DNA of 62,582 nt, filler included, from Choristocarpus tenellus KU-1152 (Eukaryota; Protista; Phaeophyceae), in the NCBI GenBank assembly GCA_964200185.2. It is 10 parts of 10 records of this genome, joined end to end, with 100 filler letters (N's around TTAATTAATTAA, not from the genome) between each part and the next. Parts side by side here need not be neighbours in the genome. Positions count along the whole stretch, not along the records: positions 22,226 to 33,885 come from CAXNAD020002199.1; positions 33,986 to 38,653 come from CAXNAD020013540.1; 8 more parts are not named here. One strand, 5' to 3'. The notes under the pieces are model-generated. The model worked only from the letters and a program-made list of their open reading frames with translations. It did not search any database and was not told the DNA's origin. The position numbers were made by a program, and so were the translations under genes. Positions 23,265 to 36,797 of the stretch are shown piece after piece (position 1 is the first letter of the stretch; each line of letters starts with the position of its first letter).

Positions 23265-26200
23265 ATGTCGGTCACTATCAAGTTGTTATTACGAGAGGGA
23301 AGACCGTTCGTTCAGGCGAGCTTCCACGGGGGAAGCTCGAAGGACCACCTGACGTTTGAACCGGAGGATCCTGAATTGATGAAGGGGGCCAGGATATCCA
23401 GCGTGGTTGCTGAGGCTGGGGACTGGTCTACAAGAGAGCTCCATGCTACGGTGAGGAAGCAATAACGATATAAAATCTACACTGCATAGGCTTGACCTTT
23501 TTTCACAGAATTCCGGTCTGTTCGACCTCTTACACTCTGTTTCCCAAAAGCTAGAAGAAAATGCGTCAATCCAAGCTACATAGTACGGCAAAGAGTAGTT
23601 CGATCAAATTGGTAGTTCGTTCAAATAGGTCTGACTGCGCTCAGCCTCAAACATGTCGAAGAGGCGACTCACTACTGCGAACGTTGGGGGTACTCCATAG
23701 AGTTGCTTTCCTCCAAAACACGAGAAATGAGCTTGGAAGTGGATACCAATTCGTCGTTTGGACGACCAGCTGAGCGCCAGTTGATTTTGCAGCTCAAATT
23801 CGACTAATTTTTACTTGTGAGCTTCTCTTGCTTCAAACACATTAGTACAAGCACTTACACCAAGATAGAGATAGTATGTACTGGAGTAGTAATCTAGAGT
23901 ACTTTTAGTTTTGCGTGTTCACAGGTTAATAAGCTCCAGGGAGTTCTGAATGTTTGTTTATCTGTCAATAAATGTGAATCTCTATCGATGTGAGTAACCC
24001 CCTCCCTCTCCTGTCTTCTTGTTGAAGTCCTCTTTCTCAATGGATGTTATGAATAATTCAAAGTCACCGAATATTCAACCCTCCCTTTCATGGTCATTAA
24101 CTTACTAATTTCATCACCCCTGAAGCCTAGCTTTTCCCGGACATTCCAGTCGATCGATCCGGGCAAAGTATTGGCAGCTGCTTGAATCTATTTTATTAGG
24201 TGCTAATTCCAGTTGCACTCTCTCGTTTTTCAAACCTGAAGGGACAGACAGAAATTAGGGTGTAAGGAAAAAAATAGGCCTGGTTTTTGTGCAGCCTTGG
24301 ATATAAGGCGCAGCCTGAAATCTTCTTCACACAACATGCAGCTTGTATCTTCACATTCTGTCGGAATGAACAGAGCCCCTCAAACCTTCCTTCACAGGCC
24401 ATGAAGTCTAACGGGAATGGAAGGGGGTATGTTATAGGCATTAAATTCCACGAGCATGTAGCATCGCCACGAGCATCAGTGATGCATTGCTCAGCGCCCT
24501 TTGATTATGCTCACAGATCTTGCAAGCCATGCAGGCCTCAACAGGAGTATCAAAGAACATCCGCATGATGCTCGCTTTCCAAATCCACCAATACAAAGAA
24601 GCCATATATCCTCAGTACTGAAACACCTGAGTGGAAAATATATGCCTTAACCAGAAGTGAAATGTTAATGAAGCAAAAGAGCCTATCAGCCCCATTCACT
24701 CTGATTCCATGCCGATACCACCTTGACCCCCTCCACAAACAATACGATGGAGGGATTTGGCTATCACTCTGTCAAATCTAGCTTGTATGGGGCTGTGAGC
24801 CAAAGTGAACAAGAGTTACCCAGGTTTTGGGCATTTTGCACTTAAAGTCATTTTTTTCATCTTTTGATATTCACCCGTATTTCTATGGATGTTTTGCTGA
24901 GATTGACTTGACAGTGTTGATTTTATTGTTTTAAAACTTTCGACAGAATTCAGAAAAGCCCCTACACACATTTTTAGAAAAAGCTGACTTTTGCACATCA
25001 CTTGTAAGCATACTTAAATTAAGAGGTAACAATGGGTACCACTTTTTTCTTCTGCTCTGTGCTGGGTGTTCCCTGTCATTATCCTTGACCTCAAGATTTC
25101 TCCCCTGCGGCCGTTGTTAGGGAGTACTCCTATATGGGTTTCTTGTACTTCAAGACTATACAATTTCTCTTGGGATAGCTGCAATGTTGCTGTTGGGACT
25201 CCCTGCTTTTCAGATGCAAGTATCAGTAGTGATGGATTTTTGGATGATTGTGTCGTTTTTTTTTGCACCTTTGCTAGGCTACGTCAGCAGGGTATTCATT
25301 TGGAGACCGATTACCTCAACTCTTGGCTTGAGTTGGCCTGGAGAGGTGATTGATTCGTGGGCTAAGTTATATTTTCTATATACATTGTCTCTACTTACAC
25401 ATTCTCTTGATCAAGTACATGGTTAAGTGGTTGAGAATGGTCAGCAGTTACGTTTAGTGAGTACCACTCTCAAGATCCATAGTCAAAAATTCCAAATCAA
25501 ACTTGTTGTTGTGCTTTTGCCTACAAGTGCTTCCTTTCAACAGTCAGTGCACAGGAAACCCTTCCCACCCCAGAGTGAAAGAAACAACTGTGATATTTTG
25601 GTGGCATCATTTCGAAACCCACATGAGAGCTCATATTCCCCATCCACAACAAATGACTTGGTGCCTGTTCCACGTATGCTTAACCCTTTCATGGGCATGT
25701 GTCTCTGTTTTTTTTTGTGTAAAACATGCCATGCAATGCAATATACTGACAACTGAAAGATACATACATACTAAATATGCCAAAAGTAAACAGAAGGTGT
25801 CACTCGCTCGTAGAAATCAGGTGATTCAATTATCTCCCACATCCACAAGAATAGTAATAATTTAACTTTCGTGTATGTGCCCCCTCACCTTTGTTATCCA
25901 GGTGCGACCAGGTATGTCCATGATCCAACTGAACGGGGTTCAGGTGTGTGTGTGTATCTATTTCATTTGTGTGCCTTCTTTGAATCTCTTTTAAAACACT
26001 TGGAATAAATATATACTGGTAGATAATATGAAGTGTGAGATGTAGCCATTGGTGATTTACATTTTTGCATTTCCTTGCCTTGTTCAAGGGCGCAACTTGC
26101 CTGAGCTTCACACCCCTCATTGGCTCCTAGTGATGACAGTGCATCACTGACAGCATATGTTCGCATTTGCACTTCTGTGTATGTGTTGTGCACAACACCC

Positions 26201-29200
26201 TCATGTGCATGTTTCATCATGAGAAATGTTCAGGTTCGTGACATGGACTTTCAAAAGATAAACTTTCTGTGTCAGTGGGGCCCTCCACTGGATCAACCCC
26301 TTGTACTATGCTTCATGGCAGAGCATTGGGCAGTGGTGGTGCAAATTTCCCCTCCACCCTCACCCATGCCACAAGACTCATGTAGTGAGCCTCCCTCGAA
26401 GGTGAGACCTATATCCAGTCACTTTTGGTGCCACACCGTTAAGCTCCATACAGCTCGTAATCTTAGTGTATGTGCTCGCCTTTTTTGCTTGTCTTCGGGA
26501 ACTTATCATTTACATGCTCCTCCTTGTTTGTCCTAAAAAAGTCTGGAAGCACCTGGAAGCAACTGTTTGGAGGTCTACTTCAACGAAGATGGTCGAGGAA
26601 TCGCAGCAGTTTTGCTTCTCAATTTGAGAGGGGGAAAGGGGTGAGACAGTTCCCCAGTGAAAAAAAAAATAGAGGGCAGAAAGCATACCGAGCCAGCGAG
26701 CGCAATTTTTTCTTGTATATGTGAAAAATATGTGGTGATATTTTTATTGGTCCGTCGTTGTATATTTATGATCTTTTTTTATATTTGTCAACTATCTAGA
26801 CACGAGCAAACACACATTATAGAGGTGCGTCCTATTCATGGAAGGACCCTTTTATTATAGTACTGTCTTCTGCTGTTATACAAGAGTGTTACTGTGTAGA
26901 GTTCTATCCTGTACTATGGTGGTTGTGTACATGTCTGCAGTATTCCACGTTTTAAACAGATAGCCACGATTTATGTGCTGCACTTCATGAACAATCTGGT
27001 ACCTGGTTCATCCTCCTGTGTGTTCATGCATGCTGTGACTCATCTGGTGACTGGTGCTCAGCAAGTCTTTGTCACACGTTGTGTCTGTTTTCAAGGAGTT
27101 TCCCTATCCCCCTTCGTTTCTTGTCTAAAGGTGGGGCTGGAGGGCAGTGTGACCTTTTCTCCAAAGGGAAATGGAGATATTTGCAGGGCTTCATGGAGTG
27201 GATTCCCAGCTACACCTCCTACTGAACCAGCGGACTCAGTTTCCAATGAGAGAAGTATATCGCCAACGCCTCAGCCATGCAGTCGTTCCCCATGGAGTGA
27301 TGACATGCCTCCAATTGAGCCGGTGGGTTCCTTGTTAAGTGGAAAAAGGGCGACACCAAGGTTGCAAACAAGCAATCATGATCTAGAGGTGCTGCTGGGC
27401 AGGGAGCTACCCTGTGTTGATATGCCACTCTGGAAAATGGAGGTGAACTGCCCTTGAAACAACAAGAGAGGATACGTATTTACTTCAAAGTATGTATGTA
27501 TGTATGCTTATGCTCTTGAAAGCTTTGCAAGCATGGAGTGGGGGGTGGCTCAACGGCAACATTATTGAAGTCTATTTTTTGCAACACTGGAAGTAGAAGT
27601 GAGCAGGATATTTGCCTTCATGCAGGCTCTACGTTCTGTTTCCACCACAAAAAACGTTCCCCTTGTATATAGGATTTGAAACGAGTTGATGACGAAATAC
27701 CCTTGAATTGTATGGGGGGGTTTTCCCTCTTGGTAGTTGCCATAGATACAAATAGACCTCCAAATGGAACAGATCGCCGTTGCTTTAAAAGATCCAAAAA
27801 CTTTAATACTTCTCATGGTCTCTTTCCGTCCAATGGGTGTGGACCGGCCACTTCCATCTTTTGTTGGCATTTCTCAGTCAGAAAATGATTGAACCAACAT
27901 ATGGTACCAACAGTTACGGGTGGGCACTTCATGGTCAACGAAGTTCTATGAGGGTTGGTGCAATTTTTCTAGTGTTGTGAATCAAAAGGCTTTTGGGGCA
28001 CAAATTGAATCTTGTCTCAATACTTTTCGACTAACTCTGTAAGAATCGAAATATGAGTGCAGTTCATGAAGCAAGGCACGTCAGTGCAATAGAGTGCCAC
28101 CGGAAAAATTTCAACTGAGTGTGCAGCACTCAATGGTTTGATGAGAAAATAACAATTGAGTCTAACCCTTTGACATCGATGACAATTCTCGTCAAATTGA
28201 ATTGTAGCAATTGAGTGACTATGATTCACAACACCTCAACAAATTTAACTCTCTTGCCATGCAGACTGATGCAGACTGACACAAGATATGCGAAGGGATA
28301 TTTTTATACTTGCTTGCGAGTGGTCCTTACCTTCTTGTGTCCTCACAACAGTTTTTCATGCCCCCCACCCTACCACTTTTGATAGGGAATTGTGTGGACG
28401 AACTATGCTGTTCCTCTTTCTGCAAGCAGACCTGGCTTCCAGTATATCATTGTGTTAACACGTATTGCTCTCTACCTCCTGGAGTTTTCAAAGGTGGGGA
28501 TAGGTAGATCATCTCGGAGATGCCTTGTAATGCATTGAAACGTCATTAAATCAAAATTTCTCACTCTAAAGCACCAAAGGTCGTAATACTTTCAGATTAA
28601 GGTGTTTTGCGTCCACATTTGAAAAGTATGAAAACAACACTAAGCCCTCTTTTTCCTTTTCACTCTGTATAATGCACTAAACCACCAATAGGTGTGCAAT
28701 GAACCTGATGAGGGGCTACATCCTACCTGTTCAGAGACATCCACAGGAGACACGCAGGGTCTGAGCAGTAGCATTTCTGTTGCAATCGTTTCACGGATTG
28801 AGCCCCCAGATCTAGAGTGCAAGCTACCGCAGTGTATAGTTGTTCTTCCAGATGGCACTGAGGTATGTGTGTTGCTCTCACAACGGCCGCAGCTCCAGAT
28901 ATGAGTTGTTCAAACAGATGTGATGTGACGACTGCCGTCAAAATATTATATCTGATATGATTCAGGGGGTAGAGGAAGTTGCAGGTCAAATATAAGTTTG
29001 TCCAAATGTTTCTTCTAGTACGGTGCCCTAACTTGATCACTCTAACGTAGTTAGTTTAAGTATATATACTGAGTAGTCCATGTACTATTATTACTTCGAA
29101 GTCTTATCCATACGTTTTACTGTATTTTCAATTTTGTTTTGCATGACAACACGGACTCCCACTCTGGAGCTCTTGAATGTTACTTTTTCGAGGTATTTTA

Positions 29201-30829
29201 TGTGTTTGTGCGATTTACTGGGTCGGTAGTTCTATTCATAAGCTGTGGCATTATCGAGTTTGTGGTGAATAGTATGCGTACATAGTGCTCTGTAATCACC
29301 TACTTGAAAGTAGGTAATGAATTTGATATCCGATTAAATTTATTCCTTATTTTTTCATTTGTATATTTGCAGCTGTATGAGGTACTCATATCCAAAGGCA
29401 GATCCCTTTTTTGATCTGAACAGACCAAGGTCTTCTCAGAGGAGAAGACTAACTTGAGTCTACTGGTTACCTCCACCCCAAACGGACTGTCATTGAGGAC
29501 ACTACAGGTAGCACAACGGAGCTCTGATATTGTCATTATCAACAAAGAGGGTGCCTTGTCAGGCACAGGGGAGGTGAGCTGCAGTAAATGTGGGAGGATT
29601 GAAGGCGGCGACAAAGAGGACTTCCAGGGTGAAGCTTACATGTGGCTGAGACTCGAGAGCAACAGTCACCGCGGGGAATTGATGAACTGCATGGATGAGT
29701 GGTTCCGTCGACGCATGGAGCAAGATTTCTTCATTGAACAGCAGGTAGGTCGTATAGGCCTGTGATATGAGGCTCTTCATAGACTTCAAAATATACCAAT
29801 GTGTTGATCTCAAAATTGTGCAACTGTTTGGGCTACACTTTTACCATAAGTGATTTACTGGGCATATTTACATTTCGTAAGCACTGGCATGCAAACTCTC
29901 CATCTCATCTCATTATTCTGAACTCTGAGACCCAACCTTGCCTAGGAAATCTCTCGGTTCAGTCAAAATTCCTCTGCAACGGACTGCTTTGGTTCAGGGA
30001 TGCATTGAATACACTAATATTGTTGGATAACTCTTCAATATTGAGATTGCTGTTATTGCTGCTGTCATAGATATCAAGACGTCGAACAGATGGCGCATTT
30101 GGTTTTTGGAAGGATGTGGGAGGTAACTCATTCTGTGCTTGGTCAAGAACATGGATTAGATCCTTGCTCAATCCTTCTATATAGAAGTATAATTCAACCG
30201 GGTGTTGCTCAATTGGAGTGTCTCCAGCTCTCATGATGTGAATTTCTTTGGTTGTACCTAAATCAAACATTTTGAAGTAAGAATAGTTTATTTCACACTA
30301 CTAATGCATTGCACACGTTGATGAACGTGGATTCCCTGCTAATGTTCAAATCCAGTCCCCAACAGCGCCATTCTGACCATCTAGTTTATGTTCTCTTCCA
30401 TGTCAGCAGAAGGACAGCCTTGTAAGGGACTACCTCTCCAGTCGGCACATGCTCGACCTGACTCTTTACAGGATGTCACCTTCAACCATGTTGAAAGAAG
30501 TGACCGTACCAAGGGAGGCCGTCCCCTTCGCTAAAGATGGTGGCCACTTCAGGAAATGTACAGTTAGATGCGAGACCTCACCCCTTCACATCTCACTAGA
30601 TGGTTCATGTCATTACCATGGAAGGTCAAGCTCGGACATTCCTGATGCAGAACATGAGGGTGAACTGTGCTCTTCTATTTCTGCTCTGTGTTGCAGCACC
30701 CTTGAGGTTGATGAACTGCGTGGCATTAGGACTAACATTATCTCGCCCCTGTTAATAGAGTCGAGTGATGAACCGGTCAAGATTATGCGTTGGTCAAGTG
30801 GGTGTAGAACACTCCAATTATCATTGTAG
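23265..30829 (+). CDS. Unknown protein; candidate exons 23265-23450, 28692-28862, 29424-29744, 30407-30829
   Basis: Four GC-richer open segments bounded by canonical splice sites, all phase 0 and joinable in frame; no recognisable domain. Whether exon 1 links across the 5.2-kb intron is uncertain. Confidence 0.5.
24200..24740 (-). pseudogene. Possible piggyBac-like transposase relic in intron
   Basis: Fragments W-x-GSRWY...DRLFCFI followed by GRFEGLCSFRQ-x-VK loosely match the piggyBac 'YW...RDRF' and 'F-x-GR-x-SF-x-QY' blocks in the expected order. Confidence 0.3.
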
Positions 30830-31515
30830 ATAAGTTTGCCTTTTATATATACATATTGTATGTTTTTTGTACTCTGGAGTGTATTTTCCTTTTTTTAACC
30901 ATAGTACTGTATACAATATCCTTGTACGATCTTGTTTTCTTAGCATGTTACCATGAATTACTATTTGACAATGTTTTAGACGATAGACCACTTGGCCTAT
31001 AAAGAACATCGTGCTGGGAACCTAGCCAGTCTGTAGACAGTTTGCATGTTCTTGATTCAGGAAGTTTTGTATCAGAGGAGGTATTATTTATTATATTTTT
31101 GGAGACCTTCATCACAGTACCTAACCCGCTCAGGGCTTCAAACACAAGTTGAACATAGGATCTTGTTCCTCTGAGAGGAAAGCCTAACGACAAGACCTTG
31201 TGCAAAACAAGATCTACATAAATATGTGGCCATAAACAAACAACTAAGATGTAGGCAGGCATCAGTTCTCATTGTGACAATCTACAGCTAGAGTTTAACC
31301 CCTCTCTCCTAGAATTCTTCAATGGAAATGAGGCCAGGGTGGACAGGAGAATTTGGTAGGTGTGTCTGCAAGAAAATCTTTGGCAATCTAGGTTCTCAAG
31401 TGGTGGGGTTGCTTAGAAGTACAGAAACCGATCTTATTGGTACAGATGCGTGGTTGATGGAGTCAAAACACTTCATGGGCACTAGGAACACCAAAGAAAT
31501 CGTAATGACAGCAAC

Positions 31516-31672
31516 GTGCACTAGGGAACCACCGCTCATACTCGTCTTTTTAGTTCTTCACAAGGTCAAGGTTAAGTCGCACACACACGGTGGGGTTGGT
31601 GTTGGGGTTAGGATTTCCAAAATGGGCGTGAAAGAGTGAAGTAGAGATGACAGTGGTGGTTCCCCAGTGCAC
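31516..31672 (+). mobile_element. Short TIR element (~157 bp), with a second partial copy ending ~31846
   Basis: GTGCACTAGGGAACCACC ... GGTGGTTCCCCAGTGCAC; internal GGGGTT/GGGTTAGG units. Confidence 0.6.
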
Positions 31673-32169
31673 ACTGTACTGCTGCATCACAGTGTGAAGC
31701 TTTTCTCCAAACGTTTTATTTGCTGGTTAGGGATATTTCTCACACACACAATGTATAGGGTTGGGGTTGAGGCTAGGGTTAGGTTTTTCGAAAATGCATA
31801 CGAAGAACGTGAAAAAAAAAATCCAAAGTAGTGGTTTCCCAGTGCATGTCAACAATTTGATGTGAAAATGTAGCAGAGATAAGGTTGCACAAATGCTGAG
31901 CGATTTTGTCTACAAAGTTTTTGTAGTGATGTGTAGTGTTTGGATAGATGGATTCTCTCCCAAGTTGTCTTTGATAGTGGTGGCGGTGTGAGTAACGTTC
32001 AGTTTTCTGCTGGTTACTTGTGGTTTATGACTGACCTCTTATCACCCTTCTTAAAGTAGTCTATACATTCAGTTCATTTTTCTTCCTCTCAGTTTTGTTT
32101 CTCTGGTATCTAGTCTACTTTTCCTAACCTTTTACTACAGGCTGTTACAATTTTTTTGTAAACCCCTCT

Positions 32170-32343
32170 GGCTCAAAGTATCTGGGGGGGTGGCGGCTAT
32201 CCATTTGTGGTCAATTTTTGCATGTCACGATTTTTGTGTGATTCGGTTGCATATGTCGGGTGGATGATGTAAGTGCACTTTTCCTGGTTTTGGTCCAAAT
32301 AGACACCCTGGTGTAGATCCCCCCCCCCCAGATACTTTGAGTC
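32170..32343 (+). mobile_element. MITE family B
   Basis: GGCTCAAAGTATCTGGGGGGG ... CCCCAGATACTTTGAGTC; flanks CTCT/CTGT. Confidence 0.88.
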
Positions 32344-33214
32344 CTGTGCCACCGAGCAGGTAGTCAGGTGACTACTTTCACGTTACCAGAGGGATTTACT
32401 CGAAGTTCTAAGACAGGCCTCCCCTAATTTGTCGAGATCTTGATAAATTTGTCCCCCCAAACATAATCTCTTGCGTCTGTGTATTGAAATTGTTGAAGAT
32501 AGTATGAACCAACAATAATACAGTACTTGTACACACTTCTGGAAGTACATTTCATTTAAGCTTCACCCTGCATCGCCTCTATTGATTTGCCCCGTGCAAA
32601 ACTTGATCGAAGGATCCGATCACCTCACTCATCGAATCCTTTGTGGGAAACTAGGTTCTTAACAGTCTTCTTGGACAAGAGCTCAACGGGAAGATTTTGG
32701 CACACATTTAACAGGCAGCACAAATATTGTTGAACTACTGTTCAGTAATCTGAAGTAGGACGTACATAAATTGTGCATCTTTCCGTCACCTGATCATCGA
32801 CAAACATATTCATATACCTCAAAGTATAGATACTGTGCAAATTACCTTGGGAGGTAATGCTATTTGTTAGTAGTGAAGATAAGAAGGTGTGAAGCCTCAC
32901 ACGACCCCCTTTGCTGAACATGATTATATTGTTGTAATTGGAAGAGTGACCTCTGCGTAGTCTCTTCTCTTTGCTTCTATATTATTTATTTGTGCTTCCT
33001 ATCTAAGTCAACGGTTATGTCAAAGTAGTTGAATGCGGAATAAATACCAATATATAATCCCATACATAATCCGGATGTACTATGGACTCAATTCAACACA
33101 ATAATCTCATATACACAAAATAAGGTACACCTTACTATTGTCCTATTTTGCACAGATACACGCAAGAGAACGGAGATCCTATATATAGGGAACTACGACC
33201 ACATTTATGAATTA

Positions 33215-33341
33215 AAAGGTCTGTCTGGAACAAGGATATTGAAATTTCCTAACAAACACAATAGTCAAAATTAAATCAAAATCATAACATTGGAATTTGG
33301 TACCCAAATGGACGCGGCTCTACCCTAAGATACTTTGACTC
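33215..33341 (-). mobile_element. MITE family A, truncated
   Basis: Ends GGACGCGGCTCTACCCTAAGATACTTTGACTC. Confidence 0.8.
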
Positions 33342-33885
33342 TGAACATATCGACAAAAAGCAAGAGTGCAAATAGGTACTGGGTTCTCTTACGTTCATAA
33401 AGTGGTACCAATAAGGTTATGCTTCTGGGGTTGTCCTGTCATAACTTTTGATGTAGACATCGGATTTAAAAAATAAAAGTATATTCGTGATATCCCTCAC
33501 AATGCCCTCCAGAGTAAGGGCTTCGTTTCTTCTTTTCGCCATTATTTTCTTTATTGAAGAGAGACTGCTCACATTGGCGTTCGAACCCTGGATTGTAGGT
33601 CACCAAACGTGGCAACAGATATGCTACTACTTGATTAAAGTACAGTACCTACCCCGATTTTAGAGCAAATATTATGTACCAAACCCTTTTTTGTACCGCT
33701 TTTTTCGACATACCAAAACAATTAGGCTTTTGTACCGGAATTCTCGCGCGATTTGGCACAAAACCCCAGAGATATTCACGCGAGTTTGGCGCGCACGAAA
33801 ACAATTCTCGCGAAAAGTGCCTTACTTCCTGAGTCATGACCACACAGCAGTAGAGTACGTTGCTGGTAGGGGAATAAAGTGGAAG

Positions 33886-33985
33886 NNNNNNNNNNNNNNN
33901 NNNNNNNNNNNNNNNNNNNNNNNNNNNNNTTAATTAATTAANNNNNNNNNNNNNNNNNNNNNNNNNNNNNNNNNNNNNNNNNNNN
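33886..33985. other. Artificial contig linker
   Basis: N44-TTAATTAATTAA-N44. Confidence 0.98.
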
Positions 33986-34424
33986 AATGAGAAGAGCTCG
34001 GTGCCATCTCTTCTCGTTTAAAACCGTTTCTCTCACCAAAACGCACAGGGTTCTTAGAAAGCGTTATGGGGGCACCGCGAGAACTACCACCTACCCCCTC
34101 CCCCCCCCGCAAGAGCAATCGATCGTGCTCCTCCGATTCCAAGGTTTTTTGTGCGAAACACAAACCTTGTGTGCGCCTCACTACGAGCGCACCACCTATA
34201 TACTACCCCGTTTCCCTCGAGAGATACTACATTCCCAACCAAGCAGTGGTGCATTGTCGCCGCGTACTGATGCATGCAATTCGAATGAACGTCACAGCGA
34301 CAATTAAGAGAAATCAGGATGTCTCCCCATCGGCTCACACCCCGTGTGCCACAAGGGTTGCGTGCCCTTTGGAAACGTCGTATGTTGCGAAATGAAACGA
34401 AACCGCAGTATGGACGCACAGCAC

Positions 34425-35287
34425 CTGGTGTATCCCTCCTCGATAAAGAACTCTCCAAGAACGGGAAGACCTGCGTAGACGATGGTGCTCATCTGCGCCA
34501 ACATTATCTGGTCGATAATGACCTCCCGAGTTGGGGTGACCCCATCGGGAAACAATTTCGCACCCATGCGGATATAGATTACCCTTTGGCGGTGAGAATT
34601 GGGGTCAAGGTGAGGGTTAGAATGCAAATGGGAAATACTACCCCTCTCCCATCAAGTTAAACACCCTCAGCACGATGACAAGACATTATTAAAAGAGGGT
34701 CTAGGCTATGTGGTTGTTCCTGGGGTAACTGAAAATCGTTTGACCCTGTACCCTCCAAATCCTCGCTGTCCTCGCTGTCTTCTGCTTACACAGGGAGATT
34801 AAATGCAATCAGTGGCACGGACAACACTCATCGAGGTTGGTGCCCTATCTAAAGCACCGAAGAGCTCATCATAGAGTCAGCAATATCTACATCGATTCGA
34901 AAATAGATAGACATGTATCTCACCAGTGCCAAACTGCCGCTGTGATATAATACAGCAGGGATCCCAGAGTGAAGTTCCTTATGTAGGTCAAGAAATAGTG
35001 AGCCCCCCAAGGACCAAATACATCGTCGGCCCATAGCATTACTCCCTTGGGGAAAAAGAAGCTGTTGATCCACATATTGAACTCACGGAAAAAATTATTT
35101 TCTTCATTTCCAGAGATAGTCATGCGAGTGGATGCCAAGACCACAGCAGTACAGAATGCAAACATCGCCATCGTCAGCGCTCGCTCTCCTGGCCTGGGGA
35201 TTGCGTTGAGAGATTCAACAGCATTAGGATTAGCCAGAGTACATTTTCCCAATGCCTCATAAGCCTGAGTAAACGGTGGAGCTAGAG
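34425..35287 (-). CDS. Delta7-sterol C5(6)-desaturase-like protein (DWF7/STE1/ERG3 family), 5' part; exons ~35287-34924 and 34583-34425; start unresolved, 3' end missing
   Basis: YFLTYIRNFTLGSLLYYITAAVWHW|VIYI...PTREVIIDQIMLAQ...YAGLPVLGEFFIEEGYTR parallels plant DWF7 (FLQTWLRNYLAGTLLY...W-x-FYIY...IPT...LPTVSE-x-MIE-x-GWTKC). The split Trp codon TG|G joins in phase. The His boxes lie beyond the contig. Confidence 0.8.
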
Positions 35288-36568
35288 CTAAGAACAGCAG
35301 ATAACAAAATTACTGTCGTTCTAGGATTACGAAAGGAATCACTTCCGTGGTCGTCCTCCAAACTCTCTTTCTAATTTTGAGTCATCAGATGTTGGAAACA
35401 GTCACCTCGCCATGTTATCCCCGAGATCTCCCCACAGCCAGAACTTTGGTACACAGAGACAGGAGGGTATCAAGTATAAATTTGAATCGTGTGCCTTGAA
35501 GACACCCTTTTCTATTCAGTCTGGATTGTTGTCTTGTGCCTTCTTGCTGACTCCAACCCAACTATAGAATTTTTATCTTAAAATAGAGAATATTATGCAC
35601 ATTCAGGTATTTCAAAGTTAAAGACCTTCGACAACATAGAACTCGAACTATGTTATACCCGTAACACTGGAGGCAAAAACATACCTAACACTGTTATATG
35701 CCAAAAAAACTCCAGTTCGAAAACTTACATACTATGGGAATATTGCGTTTCATAACACAATAGTCCAAAACACAGGACACAATTTTATGCACATAATACT
35801 CGGGTTCAAAATGTAGTACTAAATAATACCCTTAACACACCAATGTAGAATGTACACAACACTGTGTGATGCTTTTAACACTCCGGTTCAAAACATACAT
35901 GCAGTGACATTCTAACGTAACTTACCTTACGCCATGAAAGAAAATCCTATTCTATAACTTCGGTTCTCATAAACCACCCTTCAGTTCTCATAAACCATCC
36001 AATGATACAACCATCCTGTCAACGTATTCTCCAAAGTGTTGTGGTAACAACCCCATTATGTTGTGCTGTAACATAACATTTTACAAGGATTCACTTCATT
36101 TCGCACAACGACTAATTTCTACAATACAGTGGAGAGAGTCGGGTATTACGCTTACTTCTTGTCCCAGCGAATAAATGTTGCATTTCAACGGCTTGATATT
36201 GATGTGCAGAAAGGACAACAGGAGGGTCGCCGTCACCCCCTCCATCAAGGACTCTTAGAAAATGCACTAACCGATTGTTGTGACATAAATAAATACCTGT
36301 GGTGAGTATAATATGGTTTCCTCACCACCTCCAAAAATGACGTGCTTAAGTACGTACATGTTGTCCAATCAGACGTTTAAAATGAAACGATCATCCCAAC
36401 ATGCCCAATGATAAAACATTTCAACCAGAAAGACTACAGGTCTACTGTGTTCCGGAACGTGTGGGACCACGTAGTATACTACACTTGATGATAGATGGAC
36501 TTAAACCGTTGTTGAGCTGACCAAGCGTCGCATTGTCTTCCATGACCACAGACAGAAAAAATAAGCAA

Positions 36569-36797
36569 GAGATATGCAGGATTGCATTTTTAGGATACTG
36601 AAAAATATATGCAAATTTCAGCGTTCTGTACAAATACCTGTTGTAGGAAATTTCTTAAATTCTGTCCAAAAATTTCAAACAATTGAGAAATCAACGCTCT
36701 CATATCAGTCTTAGTACTTCATCATAGAATAACGGGTGAATCCCAGAAGGATTAAAAAAGGGGTCTAAAATGCAAAGACGGTCAAAACCAGGGTCCA
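36569..36797 (+). mobile_element. MITE family E, degenerate copy
   Basis: Collinear with 41750-41975 and 60671-60897. Confidence 0.6.

Noticed and set aside
29373-29423. Apparent in-frame TGA (29412) in an exon, suggesting selenocysteine or readthrough
   Set aside because: A pyrimidine-rich acceptor at 29423 (GAACAG) skips the TGA in phase; no SECIS evidence.
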